Source: the human T2T-CHM13v2.0 reference genome, Homo sapiens
Direction: 5' to 3' (one strand)
Assembly (NCBI RefSeq): GCF_009914755.1
Contig: NC_060947.1
DNA: 64,000 nt
Shown here: in pieces, positions 62,491-64,000 of the stretch
How the letters are laid out: every line of letters starts with the position of its first letter
How positions within the stretch are numbered: the stretch's first letter is position 1
Made by a program: the position numbers and the translations under genes
Notes under the pieces: generated by a model
The model's input: only the letters and a program-made list of their open reading frames with translations
Databases searched by the model: none
What the model was told of the DNA's origin: nothing

Positions 62491-64000
62491 CATTCTCAAA
62501 TGATGAAGAAGTATTATTTCCCCTACTTATGCCAAATGCTGGGAGGATGGCCTTTGGTTGCTCCTACTTTTCCTTCCATCTTCTGTCATCATTTTATAGT
62601 CTGTCTTCTCCCAAGGGGAAACCTTGCTTTGTTCATTTGGTCTTTGTAGGAGACCCCTAGAAAAAGAGTTGGCAACTTTTGCAAAGCAGTGGTGTCAAGA
62701 TTCCTGGTCTTCTCCTTTCCTTTATTCCCAAGTACCCTGGTCACTCCTGGGATGTTGCTTTAGAAACAGGGAGAGGGATGTGGCAGTGGGGCCTGATCAA
62801 CAGCAAACACAGGTGCCTTCTTGGCTATGGTGGTGGCCTAATTACCATGAATGATCAACGAGGTCTCCTCTGCCGTCTGCCATTGTCTCCCATCTTCTAG
62901 TAGCAGTCCCTCAGGTGCAGCTTTAGAGAAGCTACATACCAGCATTCTGGAAGTGCTTTTACGCATGAGTGTTAATTTTTCCATCTGTCCTGTCATCTGT
63001 GACTACCAGAAGTTGATCTTGGAATGTGTTTAAGCAGGTTAGTGGAATAAAAACTCCAAGAAAACCTGACATTTTGGAATTGCCCATCTAAGCTGGATCA
63101 TTGAAATTGTGAACCAGAGCCTTTTAGGGAAGGGGTTGGCATAAGAAACTCAGAAATGGCTGGGAGATGAAAGTTTCAGGCTATATGACCTATGACATGA
63201 AAGCTTACAGTGGTATACACAGCCTCTGCAAGAGAAGCCCAATGGACAGACATCCCAGTTACAGACCTCTCCAGACCTTTTCTCCTCCCCAAATGAAATT
63301 GACTTCCATCTTAGAGCTTAGGTACTGTTAGCTATTCTTCCCAAGTATCCTTGACAGATGCTACAGGTATAATCAGGTACAGGTGTCTGTCTGGAAAGAT
63401 GCCAATAAGGGCAAGCAATTGGAAAGGTGCCCAAAATGTATACAAAATTAACTTGGATGTCAATTTGAACGTGCTAAGGTGGTTTGACACAAGTGAAAGG
63501 CAGAACCATGCTACTAACACTTTCCACTATGTTATGGGCAGATATTGCCAGGTTGCCAGAATTATGTCATATTTTTATTTTCAACAGTTATATTTTCTGG
63601 CATTTTGAGCACAGCATTTCTATTGATATTTGAGAGGGATTGTGGATAATTTAGCATATGGTTATGGGTTTCTTTTTCATTTAAATAAGAGATTTCACTA
63701 AGCTTGCTATCTCCCTGTATGTGATGTGATTGCACTCACTGTCTGATGTTCTGATGTTTTTTTCCCCAGGATAAGGAGAAGGAAGCTAATAGGAAAGTTT
63801 ATAAAGGAAGGCAATTAAAAAGTTGGATTTATGAAATAGAAGTTGGATCTATTCTGTTAAGTAAAGGATGCATGTCTTGCCAACAGTCATGCCTAGTCAT
63901 ATACCTCCAGCAATAGAGGCTCTGTTGTCCTGAGCAACATTATTATCTTCTTCTAGGAAGTTATGGTCTCAGAATTCTAGGAAACTGCTTCCATGGCTGA

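Noticed and set aside
63740-63870. Exon starting after ttttttccccAG (63769)
   Set aside because: The acceptor is plausible but there is no convincing donor before the window ends.

Overview
Primate (human-like) genomic DNA with no CpG island and no intact protein-coding gene. The ORF track consists of chance ORFs and broken LINE-1 ORF1/ORF2 pieces. More than half the window is transposon-derived: MIRs, L2, L3/CR1, old L1M fragments, nine Alu insertions, four MaLR solo LTRs, hAT MITEs and a Tigger2 derivative. The centre holds an 11.5 kb three-level L1 nest (L1MB-type > full-length L1PB1-type > antisense L1PA7-type). One well-formed 73-nt non-coding cassette exon lies at 32032-32104 (+). From memory it resembles a DAB1 5'UTR exon (unverified), so the window is probably within very long 5'UTR introns. 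I found no convincing new multi-gene system. The most unusual signals are a triple palindrome array at 33266-33398, two overlapping two-codon uORFs in the exon, a CpG-retaining CTCF-like site in an L3, and long inverted L1 pairs. Repeat subfamilies were recognised by eye, and boundaries of old repeats are approximate.
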